DNA of 63,999 nt, counting the filler, from Aduncisulcus paluster (taxonomy: Eukaryota), in assembly GCA_024181965.1 (NCBI GenBank). It is 11 parts of 11 records of this genome, joined end to end, with 100 filler letters (N's around TTAATTAATTAA, not from the genome) between each part and the next. Parts side by side here need not be neighbours in the genome. Positions count along the whole stretch, not along the records: positions 22,182 to 27,180 come from BQXS01011504.1; positions 27,281 to 34,133 come from BQXS01011505.1; positions 34,234 to 40,199 come from BQXS01011506.1; 8 more parts are not named here. One strand, 5' to 3'. The notes beneath the pieces are model-generated. The model had not been told where the DNA came from, searched no databases, and saw nothing but the letters and a program-made list of their open reading frames with translations. This document shows, piece after piece, positions 24,879 through 35,613 of the stretch; within the stretch, counting starts at the first letter, position 1, and every line of letters starts with the position of its first letter. Position numbers and translations under genes: made by a program.

Positions 24879-24926
24879 TGGAGTGCCCATGAGCACTCCA
24901 TCTGTTCAGAGTACCGTTATGCATAT
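24879..24926. repeat. 48-bp direct repeat, internal copy (B1/A junction) abutting the YR stop codon
   Basis: Identical to 24407-24454. The YR stop lies at 24926-24928. Confidence 0.95.
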
Positions 24927-27169
24927 TATTTTCGAGGCGAGCATAATGTGGGCCAGCCCATAGCCTCACGGACTGATCTATCTATGTATGCCATGTATCC
25001 TTCTACTGTTGACCAGCCCCCCAATGACATTATGACTTCTTGTCTCACTCCTGAGCATAGCAGGTGGATCACCGCCCCCCGTCGGAGAGCGTGTGATCCC
25101 GTTTGTATCCCAATAACTCTCTGTGACTGGAGAGTGAATGACTGTTTCAATCTCTTTGATGGATCTTTGTTCTTCTCGGGGTGTATATCACCGAACAGGA
25201 AAGCCTGACTATGTAATTGGACTACTTCGTGCTTTTGAAGAAGTTTTCTTAGTAGATCGAAAGCCCCCACCGGACCGTCCTTGTTTATCCGTACCATAAT
25301 TCCTGCTTTAGTTTTGTTAGATGGGCAGAATAGGAGTATATAATCTCTAAAACATCTTATCCCTCCTAGTCTGATGGATGCTACAGATCCAGCCCGGGAA
25401 ACCGTCTCGAACGTGACTGCTGCCCATGTGGCCAGGGCTAACATTCCCCTTTCCATAACGACTCTAACGAATTCTCGCACCTCGTCCACTGTCATTGCAT
25501 CATGACGGTATCTTTCGGCCGGTGTTGAGGTGGCTCTTCTCCCCAGTAGGGACATAAACCTCCGACGAAGTGACGAGGGGGGTTTCCCCGTTAGAACCTC
25601 CATGTAATTCCTGAACTTTTCCCACATTGATGTGGTTTTCTGGTTTTCTCCCACCCAGAGTCTTGCTTGATCTGCGAGGAACTGTATCCAGGGCATGTCT
25701 CCTCTGGATTTCTCTACCAGTCGTCTCATTCTTCTTCTGCGATCATTTGTGGCGACTGGTCTTCCCACGTCGTCGGCCTCGTGGGCAGCCAGCCTACTCT
25801 TAATCGTGCCGTCCTCTTGTGTAGTTGACACCATCTTCTTAAGTATATCGGTGTCTCCTTCGGTCGCACGTCCAATGAGTGACTGCAGCTCTCCCCAATC
25901 CATTTCACCAAATGCGGCGTTAGAGGCGACGCCACCACTGCTATACCAGAGGTAGCTGTGAGAGGAGCGACTATACTGTCTGTTTCCTTCTCTAATTCCT
26001 CGAGGCGGGCCAATGTTTCTAATTCTAGCCCCGGCTTTGTATGCATTAATAGTCTTCCACGGGTTAGCGTCACCTGGGCCAGTCTTTCTCTTCCATCTTC
26101 TGGGGTCATTGCCTTTGTCAGCGGTCCCCAGCTGGCCATGATGTGTTGGGATGTTTCTGTTAATTCTTGCTTCTTTTCCCTTGAGGCGGCGTCCGCCCCC
26201 ACGTTGTCTGTTCCTGGGATCCAGATAGGAAAGAATTGTACACCCTGTTTTTCTGCTAATTTCCAGGTTTGTGTGGCTATTTCTTGCATGTTTCTTGAGG
26301 AAGAGCCCCGAATGAGAGCCGATCTTGCTGCGACATTGTCTGTGCCCCAGACCCAAAGTCCTGGTGCGAGAAGAGTCTGACCGACCACCTGTTGGAGAGC
26401 TAATAGTTCTGCACTTGTAATATGACTGGTCTCTTGTCTTCTTATCCGGATCGTCCTCTTTGGCCTTCCACGTTCTAATATCACTGCTCCCAATCCTGTG
26501 TCGGATGCATCTGTGAGGATGGTCCCTCTTGCCACTCTGGGTGGCCATTGAGCGATTGGATGCTCCACTCTTCGACACCAAAACTCTAATTGCATACGGG
26601 CGTCCTGCGAGACATCCTGTCTGCCTTGTCTGTTCCGGTGTAAGTGCGAGAGTTCCCTTAGCAGTGCCTTTGTGAAAACGGCTGCAAACGGAAAAATCCG
26701 CCGCAGAAAGAGCAGGTGGCCGACCATCTGCTTTATGGCCAGCTTTGTCCATCTCTTTTCCTTGCTTCTTCTTTCGAGCAATTCCTGGAGCTTGACCTGT
26801 TTTCTTTCTGATATGGAAATTGTCCACTCCTTTGTGTCTAGGACATATCCGAGAAATTCCAGGTGTCTTGTCGGTCCAAGAGTCTTTTCGTGCGAGATTT
26901 GTGCACCTAATCTTGCCGCTAGGTCCATGAAAACCTTCACTTCTTTGCTTGCATCCTCTTGTGTTCTCGACATTAAGAGGAAGTCGTCTATATAAACGAC
27001 CATAACCAACCCCCTTTTTCGCGCTAGTTTTGTAATTTCTGATGTGATTTTCTGGAATATGTAAGGAGACCAGCTGGCCCCAAAGGGGAGAACGTTTGTT
27101 ATATAGAATGTGTCTTCTGTTTCTACTCCTAAGAGTCTGCGGTCCCTTGGGTGGATAAGAACTTGCCAA
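24926..27169 (-). CDS. Tyrosine recombinase ORF of the retrotransposon
   Basis: Catalytic set R (VSRAGSV), K (SNKTK), HxxR (SHALRRG), W (LGGWST) and Y (YMAYI) lies in the C-terminal part. The long N-terminal frame overlaps the RT ORF, as is typical for DIRS. Confidence 0.93.
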   Translation of the reverse strand: MASSYPPKGPQTLRSRNRRHILYNKRSPLWGQLVSLHIPENHIRNYKTSAKKGVGYGRLYRRLPLNVENTRGCKQRSEGFHGPSGKIRCTNLARKDSWTDKTPGISRICPRHKGVDNFHIRKKTGQAPGIARKKKQGKEMDKAGHKADGRPPALSAADFSVCSRFHKGTAKGTLALTPEQTRQTGCLAGRPYAIRVLVSKSGASNRSMATQSGKRDHPHRCIRHRIGSSDIRTWKAKEDDPDKKTRDQSYYKCRTISSPTGGRSDSSRTRTLGLGHRQCRSKIGSHSGLFLKKHARNSHTNLEISRKTGCTILSYLDPRNRQRGGGRRLKGKEARINRNIPTHHGQLGTADKGNDPRRWKRKTGPGDANPWKTINAYKAGARIRNIGPPRGIREGNRQYSRSSHSYLWYSSGGVASNAAFGEMDWGELQSLIGRATEGDTDILKKMVSTTQEDGTIKSRLAAHEADDVGRPVATNDRRRRMRRLVEKSRGDMPWIQFLADQARLWVGENQKTTSMWEKFRNYMEVLTGKPPSSLRRRFMSLLGRRATSTPAERYRHDAMTVDEVREFVRVVMERGMLALATWAAVTFETVSRAGSVASIRLGGIRCFRDYILLFCPSNKTKAGIMVRINKDGPVGAFDLLRKLLQKHEVVQLHSQAFLFGDIHPEKNKDPSKRLKQSFTLQSQRVIGIQTGSHALRRGAVIHLLCSGVRQEVIMSLGGWSTVEGYMAYIDRSVREAMGWPTLCSPRK

Positions 27170-27179
27170 AACCCCTTTC
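25726..27179 (-). CDS. Reverse transcriptase / RNase H (DIRS-type), 5' partial
   Basis: The frame is open to the contig end: KGFWQV...LPFGASWSPYIFQK...VYIDDFLL...FLGY. RNase H motifs TDAS, SAEL, TDN and WIPGTDNVGADAASR follow. Confidence 0.95.
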
Positions 27180-27180
27180 T

Positions 27181-27280
27181 NNNNNNNNNNNNNNNNNNNN
27201 NNNNNNNNNNNNNNNNNNNNNNNNTTAATTAATTAANNNNNNNNNNNNNNNNNNNNNNNNNNNNNNNNNNNNNNNNNNNN
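27181..27280. other. Artificial contig linker
   Basis: N44-TTAATTAATTAA-N44. Confidence 0.98.
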
Positions 27281-30200
27281 TTTTCGAAGATTTTGGCATT
27301 TCAACACCCAAGAATGACCACAAGAACCGGTATAACCAACATTATAATTACAAGGAATACATTTCCTTGAACGTTGATTTGAAGGAAAACATTTGTAGCA
27401 TTCAGCTGGACAATTCTGCTTACAAACCTCACATGTGTGACCACAGGGTTTTATGCATGTAATCATGGAATGTGGAAAGTTATGGCATCGTAAAACACAT
27501 GAATGCCCACAATGCATTCTTTCACCACATTTATGGTCACATGGAGACAATATCTTATCGAAATTATCCAACAAATCACCTCCCTTCCGAACATCAACAG
27601 CCTTATCATGTTTCATGCATCCAACGCTCAAGGGGAAAGTATCATTCCTGACACCACCCATACCAAGAATATGGTTATAAACCCTCCACCATATGGGATT
27701 TCTCTTCCCTGGTTTCGTTCGAGATCCAAAGATTTCACTGTGACCCACAATCATCATGAACTTCTTCGCACGAGATAAGGCAACGAGAATCCTGTTTTCT
27801 CTACTCACAAATCCACAGCGATCTGTTCTTGTCAGAGAGACAAACACTGCATCGGCTTCTTCACCCTGAAAAGAATCATTGGTCACAACACGCACCTGTT
27901 TCAGTACAGAGGGGGATAGGATCTTTGCAACAACGTCTTTACAGTCTTTTCCATATTTTTTCACGAAACATTTCTTTACATGATCTGCACACTTCCATAA
28001 TTCGTCCCTCATTCTCATACACTGACCTTTATACATGGAAAGGATAGCAATCTCATTCGGAGGAACACCTTGGAACAAAAGCATTAGAGCAAGACTGCAG
28101 ATTAATGTACATTCATACTGGTTTGAATGGGAACGAGAATTTCGAGAAGAACGTTGTCTTTCATTGTGCTCGAAAAAAATGACCCGATGACCCATGAATG
28201 CAGGAATGGGACCAATTCCCTTTGAATATTCAGAATCTTTCAAATATGGCGCCAAAGTGGTAGCTCTTAGCATTTCAGAGATTGGAGGAGCCATTCTCCT
28301 TTGAACTTGTAATAAACAAGTTTTATCGAAATATTTGCAATGCTGTGAAATGTATTCAAATAAAGAAATGTCAAAATTATAGAGTTCTTCAGCAGCAGCC
28401 CCACCACGAGAACGAGTCGTTTTCTTCTTGATGAACATGTTACTTGATAATTTATGTTCAACCTCAGGTCTAAGTTGATTGTGATCTCCCAACATGACAA
28501 CATGCTCGAGAGACGGCAGGAATAGAGCAATATTCTGTGCCATAGTCATCTCTCCGCTCTCTTCACAAATCAACGTTGTAGGTCGAAGTCCACGCAAAAG
28601 ATTCAGTTCTCTAGCAGCAACATTTGATGTCATAGCCAACAAAGGAGTATCTTTAAGACCATAGGCATCTCTAATGCTTCGATAAAGCTTTAAATCGTCC
28701 TGGTACTTCATACAATTCTTCAACATCCCGGGGAGATCATTTCTCACTCGTTCGTTAATATGTTCGAGACGTTTCTTGAAGAATTGAAGACGAGAAGACA
28801 AAGTTATATCCCACAAAGAACAACCATTGGAATAACACAGATCAATAAACTTGTCAAAATCTTTGATATATTTCTGTAGATCCTCCTTCATTAACTGTTG
28901 CCGATGTTCTTCTCTTTTCTCCCTCATGTCAAGCTCATAATATCTATCTTCTTCTTCCATATCATTTTCTTTAAAATCTGTACCAGATATATACTCTTCG
29001 TAAGTATCTTTTTCTCCTTTTTCTCCTTCCTCTCCTTCTTTCTTATCAATACTCAGTATTTGGGCAGTGTCAATGTCAACAAAAGCAGATTTTCTTTCTT
29101 CCTCTTCCTCCTCTTCTTTCCTTTTCTTTTCTTCCTCTTCTTTCTTTTTCTTTTCCTCTTCTTTCTTTTTCTTTTCTTCCTTTTCTTTCCTTTTCATTTC
29201 CTCTTCTTTCTTTTTCTTTTCTTCCTCTTTTTGTTTCGCTCTCTTTTTGCTTGGTTTTTCTTCCTTCTCCTCTTCTTCCTTCTCCTCTTCTTCTTTCTTC
29301 TCTTCCTCTTTCTCCTCCTCTTCTTCTTTCTTTTTCTTTTCTTCCTTTTGTTTCTTGGTTTTGACAATCACGATCTTCTTTTCTTCCTTTTTCTTTTCTA
29401 TCTTAACATCTTTCTTCTTCTTTTCCTCCTCTTCTTCTCTCTTCCTCTCTTCTTCCTCTCTCCTCTTCTCTTCTTCGGCTTCTTTTTTCTTCCTTTCGAT
29501 GATTTGAACAGCTTTGTCCAGCAGATCTTGTTTCCCAGCTAATTTAAAGATCAATAACAAATTCTTGATTTTTGTATAAGGTTCAGAATACAATTTCGTG
29601 TATTTATCTTCCAAGTTGAACATGGCAAACATATTACCGGATCGAACAATGGAACTTTCAAGAGTGTCTTCAACGATTTCAGTCAAACTCATACATACAG
29701 ATTTGATAAAGTCCAATACATGTATTTTTTCAATCCAGATGTTAAAAGCTCTATTCTCGTGTTTAGAAGACAACATGTTTAAGGGATATTGATTGAACAA
29801 AACATGACGTTCTTCTCTACCATCGGCCGCTCTAAATTTAAACTTACTCTTAATTTCATTCATTATTTGAATCAATCCTGAAATTGAAATGAAATCTCCA
29901 CTTTTTGTAGTTATTGGTAAAGTAATTAGCTGTGAGTTTATATGGTTAATGAACTCTGAAGGGAAAGTTAACCTGACTTTATGATAGAAATCTTCCAACA
30001 ACGATTCAAGTTTGTTTAATTTGTGAATAGATTTCTTGCTTGCCTTCTTCTTCTTGTTGTTGTTGTTGGTCATCACATCAAAATAAGCTTTCATGATAAC
30101 TTCATTGTTTTCCAAGAGAGGATCATTAAGAATGTGGATGGCACGAACACTCTGGAAACACGATCCCATCATCAAAGCGGCCTTTATATCGGCTGCAGTC

Positions 30201-30959
30201 TTCTGTTCAATCAATTCACCTTCCGTAAGACTGTCAAATTTGCCACGTAGATCCATTTTTAACTCACTTGATCGCCTTGAACACATCTTAATCTCATCTC
30301 GAACATTTCTTTCATGAATCACTCTTGATAATATTTTTTCATTGATAGTTCGTGGTCTTCCTCCGAACCTGATCAGGTTTGGAATATCTTCAATAACCCC
30401 TTCAAGGACTCCATCAAGAGCTTGATTTGTAAGACATACAAGAATTATGGGACCATTTGTCAATTTGTTTTTATATAACGTTCGAATTATATGACGCCCA
30501 CAAAATGATTTCCCTGTCCCTGGACCTCCTTGGATAACACTGAAAGGTTGAGTTACAGCTGTCACAATGGCACGGATCTGTGTTTCATCAGGTTGGAGAG
30601 TGTATTTATGACCATTGTAATGAATAGCATGTGGTGGATCTAATCCTAGAGCTGGATCATAGTATATTGATGGGGAATCATCACCAAGACGCTGTTCTTC
30701 AAGCTGTTGTCTTAGTTGAGCACGTGCTTCTTTTTGTCTCTTCCGTTTAGCACCACGATCTTGTTTCATTCCAGCTTTTCCTTCCAGATTCTCCTCTTCG
30801 ACAAATGCAAATTTAGCAGCGTTCTGTTCTTCATTAGATGAGGAAATTTTGAGGTCAGCAACAGATTTCTCCCATTTAGCTATATCAGCATCTATAATTT
30901 CATCTCCTTTCTTCTTTCTTTCCTCTCCATCAATATAATCCATCGAACAAGCTGAAGAA

Positions 30960-30990
<31 letters not shown>

Positions 30991-33290
30991 GATATTGTTC
31001 CACGTAAGAAGAAGAAGATGATGAAGAGGAAGATAATGACAGGAAAGAAGCAATAGAATATCTTGATGATGTTGTTGTACAAGCAGAGATATCATCATCA
31101 CTCTTATCATATAAATGGGAGATATCAAGCATCTTGGAGGAACCGTATCCTTCGACTCCCACACCACTCATGAATTGTTCCAGAGCATTACTATTACCAG
31201 TGTTTTTTTCTTTAGCTATACAAACGTGATTAGCTTCAGGAAATTTCTTCAATATTTTGATATTTCTTGTCTTTGAAAGGAAAGGGGGAGCTTCAAGTCT
31301 TTGAGAGTTTTCTCCATGACGAAGAATAACATCAGAAAAGGAGATATGGTCAGTTTCAAAACATTGGAGGGCTTCCAGAACAGGTTTTGTTGCCACCCAT
31401 AGACTATGTGTTTCGAAAATATCATATTTTCGAGTGAAATCGAATTTATCTGGTTGCAAAATCACAATATCAATCTCTCTATCATACAATAAATTCTCTC
31501 TGGTTTTTATAGGGGTACACTTTTCACCATTCTTACCAAATTGATGTCTGAAATGATGCCTAAAGGGACAATAAACAATACCAGGGAACAATTGGCTCAT
31601 TTTTTCATCTGAGGGTGTCAGAAACACGAGAGTTTGATGTGATAAGAATTCAATTCGGCTCAGATTGTCCAATGCAAGACCACGACTTAACTTTGTTTTG
31701 CCATCTCGACCATAAAATACCCGATTTCGAAGCATTGATGGCCAATTAGGTAGCTTGAATCGAATACTTCCTCCGCCTTGACCTCCTTCCCGAGGTTCTG
31801 CATTAGGGAACACAATGAGATCCCTTTCATCAAGATTACCTTGCAGAGAAGCACAAAGTCCTTCTTCGAGAGGGATAAGGAAATCTTTACGACATAAAGT
31901 AAACAAAGTATGTAAGAGTTGTTTCTCAGAGGTGAATCCTGGGTTTCCTGAGCTTGTGCGAATAGGCAAAGGGCATAGACGATCGTATGTTTGTTTCTCG
32001 ACGGGAGTGAAGCTTGACAAGGAACGGATATTCCATTTGGGCTTTACAGGGTTAGAATCAGCCAATACAACTTGTCCAATGGGAGTCTCACCCTGTCTTT
32101 GTTGAGAAGAAGGCCTTATACCTGCCTGATCAGGTTGAACAACAGCTCCATGAAGAGCAGGTATTACCACGGCACCTGGTGCAGCAGGTTGTACAACAGG
32201 GGCAATGGCAGGTATCACAGGATTCGGAATACCAACCCCCAATCTTCTGCCTCTTTCTTCCTGGATCTGTAACTGTTGAAGTTCATCAACAATACTGTCG
32301 ATAAGAGCATCTTCACCACCGCTAAGAACCTTTGATATCTCATAGATAGTCGGGTATACGGGAAGATTAACGATTGAATGATTAATTCCCTTCTTCTTCT
32401 TCTCCTCCTCCTCTTCCAATTCCTCGTTTTTCACAAACTTCTGAGAATTTTTCTTCAAGCAATTTCCATATTTTTTTATAAGTTGGAGATTCACAAATAT
32501 ATTTAGGATCGTGTTCACCTACAATATGTTTTTTAAGACCAGAGTAAGACATTGCATCCTTTTGTTGGCAGAATAAACGCACAGAAATGACTCCCGGAGT
32601 GATAATTAGGAGAGAAATTAAAGAACTGATGAAATTTGTGATATATTTAACTCCTTCATAATCCGAAAGGTGTTTGATCTTTGTAAACAATTCGTGGGCG
32701 TTAAAAAACCGATAGAATAGTTCTTTTGTGACGAGACTCACGAGTTTATCTTTTCCGTTCATATCTAAATCTTGGGCAATTTCTTCGGAGAAGGGATAAA
32801 TCTTTGAAAATATCGATAGGAGATGAGAAAACATTTCCTCGGGTTTGTTTGAATGATCGGAAAAAGAACCAGAATCGATTAAACCAAGGAGACCATGTGG
32901 ACTTTTCAGGCATTGGCAAAAATATTTTGGAATGTTTTTAACTCCACTATTGAGAATTGAAAGTCCAAATAAGGGATGCTGACGTTGTTTTGCTTCATAT
33001 CCAGCAAGAGTCGTTGATATATCTTTAAGAATCTGCTGGCAATTCATCGATCTTTTTCTTCTCTGACTCCAAGAACCTTCAGCGCCATGGGAGTATTTCC
33101 GATAAGTTCCTTTGTCTCTTTCCTGTCCTCTTCCTCTTCCTCTTCCTCTTCCTCTTCCTCGACCTCTTCCTTGGCCTCTTCCACGACCTCGACCTCTTCC
33201 ACGACCTCGACCTCTTTCAGAAGTTCCATTTCCTTTGTAGTATTTTTTAGAGCGTGAATTAGACGCTCCACTGCCATGTTTTCTTTCCAT
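27281..33290 (-). CDS. ZNFX1: ZNFX1-like UPF1/SF1 RNA helicase with NF-X1 zinc fingers; one frameshift near 32400; 3' partial
   Basis: Walker A QGGPGTGKS, CLTNQALD, Walker B EESGE (ZNFX1-type EEAAE), GDHNQLRP, QRRM, DSFQGEE and NRILVALSRAK, followed by CGHSC...CH and CGHTC...C fingers. The N-terminus carries an RG repeat. Confidence 0.85.
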
Positions 33291-34021
33291 ATTAAATAAT
33301 TCAATTTAATATAATCAAACGTGACAAAAAGAAGATAATTGGAATGATCAAAAATAGATTCAACAAAGGAGTACGATCTTAGATCCTCTAGTGAGTACCC
33401 TAATCTCCATGTTATAATTAAGGTCACAGATTATATTAATGGGGTGATTTAAGTAATATAAAATAAAATTAAAATATAGAATGTTAATAATGTCTTCTAA
33501 TTCAAGATATAAATACAAAATGATGATAGCGTTTGATATATCGATATAAATAGGTATTAACAGAATGAAAACTCATATATTTACACATTTTCTTGAAAAA
33601 TAATTCCTTTTATGCTGCATTCAATAAGCCTTATACGACACAATCAAATTGATATTTCGCAGTCCTTACAACAAACATTTCATATTTTAAAATAAAAAAA
33701 AACACCATCTCGCACATTAAACAAAAATAAATCAATGGCCTTAAATAAATTTGTTATCAAAATGGACCTGAGACCATAATATAGCTTGTGAATAAAACAC
33801 AACAGTGATGAATATCATATTCAATAACAGGAGATACAGGAGAAATATTATTTAAATAATTTTATCACAAAAAAACCCATACACATTGTAGTTTGACTGA
33901 CACTGTTTAAGGTAGAACCATTTCAACTTAAATAATGAAGTTAGTGTTAATAAACACTTCTTAAAGAAAAAGGGTTAATTAAATATGGCCACAAATTAAA
34001 GGATCAACATATTAGATGAGC

Positions 34022-34133
34022 TTACTTGTGGGAAAGACGACGAGCCAAATCGACATCCTTGTCCATGATGGTAACACGGTTAGTGTGGAGAGCACAAAGG
34101 TTGGTGTCCTCGAACATAGAAACAAGGTAGGAC
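34022..34133 (-). CDS. Histone H3 (divergent or variant), 3' end only
   Basis: Manual translation [36 protein letters not shown] aligns with the H3 C-terminus [35 protein letters not shown]. Confidence 0.92.
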
Positions 34134-34233
34134 NNNNNNNNNNNNNNNNNNNNNNNNNNNNNNNNNNNNNNNNNNNNTTAATTAATTAANNNNNNNNNNN
34201 NNNNNNNNNNNNNNNNNNNNNNNNNNNNNNNNN
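34134..34233. other. Artificial contig linker
   Basis: N44-TTAATTAATTAA-N44. Confidence 0.98.
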
Positions 34234-35084
34234 CCATTCAATGTCGCCCATTCAAGGAAGCTTTTAATCTTTTAAATATAAATCTGAGTATATATTATGG
34301 TATTATCTCATTAAATCCCGAAAAGATAGATGAAGGATTTGAAATCGAAGAAAAAATTATAAAAAAGGCAATATCAGATGTACATATAAACTTGTCGATA
34401 CGAGAAGAAGAGGAATTGCATGAATATTGTGAAAAAATTCAAAAAAGTGAAATTATTGACTTTGAAAAGGAGTATATATTATTGAATAGAATCAGATGTA
34501 TTTTTAGATCATTGCCCATGACTGGTGCATCTATCGAGAGGATGTTTAGTATAGTCCGGCGATATGACCAACCTTTAAGAGCAAATCAATCTGTAGATAC
34601 CCTCATGGGCAATGTATTCTTAACTTTCAATTCAAAAAAATAAATAAATTATTTTCCATTCCCGGAAAGTAGTTAACTATTTTAATAAAACAATTATATG
34701 TTATTTACTGCAATTATTATATTACATTTCAATAAGTATATGGTTGGATCAAAAACGGAAGATGAGAATTGGATATTTCAAAAACATTGTTAACTTCACA
34801 AATTCTTCTTGGTATCAAATTAAAATTATTTTTTTTAGTTATAATAAATATTTTAAATTGATGTTCTACTTTTATTTAAATAAAATCGCGTTTCCAAAAA
34901 ATGGAAACCTATGCTTTTAGTCAAAGATTTAAAATGGACTAACATTAGTACGAAAATACACCAATAAGTACTAAAATTGGACTAGATTTAGTCTTGGTCT
35001 AGTTTTTTAGTCCGATTTAAGAGACTTTAAGATTTAGTCAGATTTTACTCCATGACTAAAAAAGGACTAGAATTCGCGACCATG
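34234..35084 (+). mobile_element. hAT DNA transposon, 3' end
   Basis: Transposase C-terminus, then many TTAGTC/GACTA(A/G) subterminal repeats (34915-35070). A candidate TIR ends ...AATTCGCGACCATG (CATGG... on the minus strand). Confidence 0.7.
34236..34643 (+). CDS. hAT transposase C-terminal dimerisation domain, 5' partial
   Basis: ISLNP...SLPMTGASIERMFS......RANQSVDTL...VFL.FN matches the hAT dimerisation motif. The frame is open from the contig start. Confidence 0.8.
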   Translation: MQCRPFKEAFNLLNINLSIYYGIISLNPEKIDEGFEIEEKIIKKAISDVHINLSIREEEELHEYCEKIQKSEIIDFEKEYILLNRIRCIFRSLPMTGASIERMFSIVRRYDQPLRANQSVDTLMGNVFLTFNSKK

Positions 35085-35561
35085 TAGTCATCACTGCAAT
35101 CTTCCTTTCCAACAGTCATTAGATAGTGTTCCACTTCACTCCCAGAGATGAAGCCATCTGAGAGCAGCTTATAAGCTCTCAATACTTCATCACGTGAAGG
35201 AGATAACTCTTTCCAACAACTTGGCTTCAATGGAATCAATGCAAAGAAGAAGTTTGCAGCAGCCTTGATACTTCTTAATCTTCGTTCTGCTTTTTTTTGC
35301 TTGTGGAGTATCAAATTCGGGGGATTCAAATGCCATTAATAGATCTTTTACAGCATATATAGCACTACTTGAAATCTTTCCTTGGACAAGAGTTATAGCT
35401 CTGTCTAGTGGAGGGAGAAAATACTCACTAATCCAAATGACACCGGCTTTATAGTCTTTATCCTGAAGATATTTGATGATTTGGTGTAAAGACACATTGT
35501 CCGGATCATCAATTATGAGATCTTCACAAACTTCTTCCCATTTCATCCAAAATTTTGCCAA
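35085..35561 (-). pseudogene. Frameshifted ORF fragment, possibly a second hAT-like transposase remnant
   Basis: Two overlapping short ORFs with no ATG, wedged between two other elements. Weak resemblance only (VIWISEYFLPPLDRAITLVQ). Confidence 0.35.
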
Positions 35562-35613
35562 CTCATTAATCCAGATTGATATTAAACTAAGTTTACTTTA
35601 AACTTGGAAAATT

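Larger units (their letters stand above)
24407..27180 (-). mobile_element. Tyrosine-recombinase retrotransposon (DIRS order, PAT-like split direct repeats), 3' portion
   Basis: Overlapping RT/RNase H and YR ORFs followed by a B1-A-B2 terminal arrangement. More GC-rich than its flanks. The 5' end is lost at the contig end. Confidence 0.92.

Noticed and set aside
24407-24926. 48-bp palindromic direct repeats as a CRISPR array
   Set aside because: Only two copies about 470 bp apart, no cas genes, eukaryotic context; explained as split direct repeats.
28898-29542. Phe/Leu/Ser-rich antisense ORFs here and in other GAA-rich genes
   Set aside because: They are shadow frames of poly-Glu/Lys tracts on the opposite strand.
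24926-33290. RT + recombinase + helicase as one defence or retron-like operon
   Set aside because: The retrotransposon and ZNFX1 are on different contigs separated by the linker at 27181-27280, and the RT is DIRS-type.
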